Sequence record: SRR22947727_429
DNA length: 40,279 nt
Reading direction: 5' to 3' (one strand)
Numbering within the stretch: position 1 is the first letter of the stretch; each line of letters begins with the position of its first letter. Shown here piece after piece: positions 37,542 to 40,279 of this stretch. The translations under genes and the position numbers were made by a program. A model generated the notes under the pieces. That model had not been told where the DNA came from, ran no database searches, and saw only the letters and a program-made list of their open reading frames with translations.

Positions 37542-38120
37542 ATGTCTGCTTGGATAAGGATGATTTCGGATGAAGAGGCGGATGCGCCTTTGAAAAAAGC
37601 GCTGGATTTTGCGCGAACCCCGCATGGCACCGTGGATAATGTTATGCGAGTGCATTCTCTGCGCCCCAGCACAATGAACGGACATGTGGCGCTGTATCGG
37701 GCCTGCCTGCATGATGATCAAAACACCATTCCCATGTGGTTTCAGGAGGTAATCAGCTCTTATGTTTCGACTTTAAACAATTGCCCTTATTCTTATGCCA
37801 ACCATTGGGCGAATGCGCGCCATTTAATGGCGGATGATGAAAAAGCCGCAAAGGTAGAGGCCGCCTTGCGCGCCCATTCGCCGCGCGATGTCTTTGAAGG
37901 CGCTGAGCTTGCGTTGTTGAATTATGCTGAGAAGTTAACTTTATCGCCTGGCAATATCACCAAAGAAGATGTTGATTTGCTAAAATCTGCAGGGGTAGAG
38001 GATGGTGAAATTCTTGAGGCAAATCAAATTATTGGCTACTTCAATTATGTCAATAGGCTGTTAAATGGGTTGGGCGTTAGCACCGCTGGGGATGTTGTCG
38101 GGTATTATCAATCGGACTGA
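37542..38120 (+). CDS. AhpD-like peroxidase-related protein
   Basis: AAGGAG RBS; VDNVMRVHSLRP, NNCPYSYANH (CxxS), YAEKLT..P, GYFNYVNR..NGLG. Confidence 0.88.
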   Translation: MSAWIRMISDEEADAPLKKALDFARTPHGTVDNVMRVHSLRPSTMNGHVALYRACLHDDQNTIPMWFQEVISSYVSTLNNCPYSYANHWANARHLMADDEKAAKVEAALRAHSPRDVFEGAELALLNYAEKLTLSPGNITKEDVDLLKSAGVEDGEILEANQIIGYFNYVNRLLNGLGVSTAGDVVGYYQSD

Positions 38121-38771
38121 ATGGTTGCGAAATAAAGAAAAGCTTCCTTTTTAAGTTCAGAGGGAACAGTGGGGCTGTGACGATAAAATTTGAAGCCGTC
38201 GTCACAGTTGCCGGCGTGATAGAACCCTTTATAGCCTTTGCAATGATGAAGGCATGATTTCAAAACATCAGCTTTAAAAACAGCTCTATCGGCGGAAGGG
38301 GCGAAATGTCTGGTCCTTGCACAGTCTTTATACCTCTTTGTTAATCGCATAAGCTGCGCGCATAGTAATGAGAGGCGGGTTTAGCGAAATAATTGGAACG
38401 CCCGCATGCGGATCGGCCAAACTGGTGCGCGTGTGCCGCCGCTGAGATGAAACAGAATTTCCACGTCTCGGCGTTAACGACCTACAGGACTGTTTTGACC
38501 GTTTGGCCTTTTGATAAGCTGCCACTACGCATCTATGCTGAAACATGCGGCGCAAGACTTTGCCGATTCTTAGTTCCCAAACATTCACGCTCTAGCATGC
38601 GCGAAATAAACGTTTCTGCATCGTTTTGAGGTTCTGTTAATGCAGAGGGTCTATCTTAAATAACATTGATATCTAGTAAACATGGCACGCTTTATAAATT
38701 TAAGTCCAAACGTTTTTAAATTAAAATCAAGGCAATGTAGAGCCGTGTTTAACCTTTTTAGGTCAATTTAC

Positions 38772-38975
38772 TTAAGGGTCCAGATCTATCAACTGTTTTG
38801 GATGCCACGCATCGCAGATCATCTGAGCGGCGTCGGAAGATTTTTGGCAGACGCGATATTCGCCCGTTATATCGTTGGTTTCTGTCCAACTGCGGGCGCC
38901 TTGTTGATGATAGCCAATAAAGCCAACGAGGCCGAGGAAAATCATAAGAACGACACCTATTTTGCTTATGCTCAT
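38772..38975 (-). CDS. Hypothetical small membrane-anchored protein
   Basis: 67 aa; N-terminal hydrophobic helix followed by a polar domain with two Cys. Confidence 0.4.
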   Translation of the reverse strand: MSISKIGVVLMIFLGLVGFIGYHQQGARSWTETNDITGEYRVCQKSSDAAQMICDAWHPKQLIDLDP

Positions 38976-39162
38976 GGACGATCCCCTAGCGTATCTGCGG
39001 CACCCTAGTGAGGCTTGGCTCAGAGGTCAATTGTGCCGAAATTACGCAGAAACCCTTTGGTAGTGGTAGGCACGCCGCCGTCTTTGCTAGGGGGGAATGA
39101 GCTTTTAACTAAACAAATAAGATGGCTTAGTGGCAGGCCTTCAACATTTTTGCCAATCTCGA

Positions 39163-40017
39163 TTATTTCTGCCTAAGCGCGTTAAAAAGGGTGTTTACGG
39201 CCAATCTGCCAAATTTATTTGCCGCTTTCGGCCTGGCGCCTGTGAGAAGCCTAGATCAAGGTGGCAGCTTGTATCGGGCTTTGTTTTGATCAGTGACACC
39301 GCAAAAGCATTCAGCGTCTCTGAAAAATACCACGGCATGGGTCTGGGCAAATATCCAACCATTGGTGTTTGTTTGTTAGTTTCGCCTGATAAAACCGCAA
39401 TTTGGTATTTTGTTATAGATAAAGCTATTGCCTGCACCTGCGGCTAAAAGCGCGGCTGGCCCATGATAGATGGTCAATGTAAACAAAGTGCGATTATGCG
39501 CCCAATGAAACATTTTTTTCACATTTGGATTATCTGCTAGCCTGAGCATCGCGCCATGCCCGCCGCGAATGAATAGGGCAATAAAGGAAGCACCTTGGAT
39601 CATGGCTTGTCTGCAAAATGGGCAAGGCTTTTTGAGGTTTTAAACGCCGTCTCAAACGTATGGAGCAACCCTGTGACATACGGGTCTTTATCAGGCATCG
39701 CCCACATTTCGATCGCGACGGGGCGCCAGTGGGAGTGATCACATCGATTTCAAATCCTGCGCTTAAAATTTGAAGTATTGGCAAAGTCATTTCAACCGGG
39801 TGATTGCCCGTTGAAAACTTTTTACCATTGGCCATCGCCATTTAGCGCTTTTTTAAGACCATAAAAAACGGCCCTTCGTTTCTTTCGCTGAATTGGCGTA
39901 TTCGCCACCGTCAAAATCAGGGTTGGGTGATGTTGCCAGTTTTAAAGCTAAAGGGGGTGGCAAACAGGCCCCATCTTCCGTCGGGCTGCGCGCAAGACCA
40001 AGAATTTTAAAAAACGT
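39163..40017 (-). pseudogene. hchA: Decayed Hsp31 / glyoxalase III (DJ-1/PfpI family)
   Basis: Colinear fragments: FFKILGLARSPTEDGA..P..LALKLAT, MANGKKFSTGNHPVE, FIRGGHGAML, TIYHGPAALLAA, TPMVGYLP..MPW, LLTGA.PKAANKFG. Several frameshifts; the start appears mutated to ACG. Confidence 0.85.
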
Positions 40018-40279
40018 AATAGATCTTCCAAGGTAAAAATGAGGGGGTTGCAAGTTGACTGTGTAAGAGCAGGATCTGTTTTTTATCCAGCGCGCAGTTC
40101 TTCGGCTGATATGTAAAATAATTTTTAGAGAACGATATATCCTGAAAGGGGAGGGTCCAAATCAGATCAGCTGGGCAGGCGCGCTGGTTGAATGTTTTTA
40201 CATGTATCCAACCTCGGACGAGCAGAGCCTTGAGCAAAATACTGATTTGTATCAGTTTTGATAAATGCACCCAGCGCGC

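Noticed and set aside
38121-38640. Possible decayed SDR-like fragments on the plus strand
   Set aside because: Similarity too weak to support by eye.
40050-40279. Possible decayed MarR-like regulator divergent from hchA
   Set aside because: Broken frames, truncated by the window edge, no convincing motif.
1-40279. CRISPR arrays, rRNA genes, recognisable anti-phage defence systems
   Set aside because: No regularly spaced repeat-spacer array, rRNA sequence or defence-gene motifs were seen; the AAA ATPase looks replicative rather than defensive.

Overview
A 40.3 kb bacterial chromosomal segment whose gene content (pyc-lldD-uvrD block, GapR, YeeE/YedE-persulfide dioxygenase, fused DAK) points to a marine Rhodobacteraceae (Roseobacter group); the taxonomy is inferred from gene content only. 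From left to right: (1) a LacI-regulated sugar/polyol ABC operon ending in a DhaK-DhaL kinase, with two visible palindromic operators. (2) An accessory region at about 8.4-14.4 kb abutting the 3' end of tRNA-Gly(GCC). It holds a frameshifted peptidoglycan-binding/alginate-lyase-like gene, a RepA-type AAA helicase followed by an iteron-like inverted 9-bp array, a class III aminotransferase, an acyl-carrier remnant and an att-like duplicate of the tRNA 3' end. (3) Core genes pyc, lldD, uvrD and an SDR. (4) A patchwork of pseudogenes, small proteins, a sulfur-handling triad, gapR, an orphan Fe(III) permease and an IS200 relic. (5) A polar amino-acid-type ABC transporter whose binding protein resembles the non-catalytic, cyclohexadienyl-dehydratase-related SAR11_1068 clade. 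It is followed by creatininase-family, AhpD/CMD, M29/NicX-like, Rieske oxygenase and a second AhpD-like gene, and is the best candidate here for an undescribed uptake and catabolic system. (6) A decayed hchA. All family calls come from recognising motifs by eye; no database searches were run.
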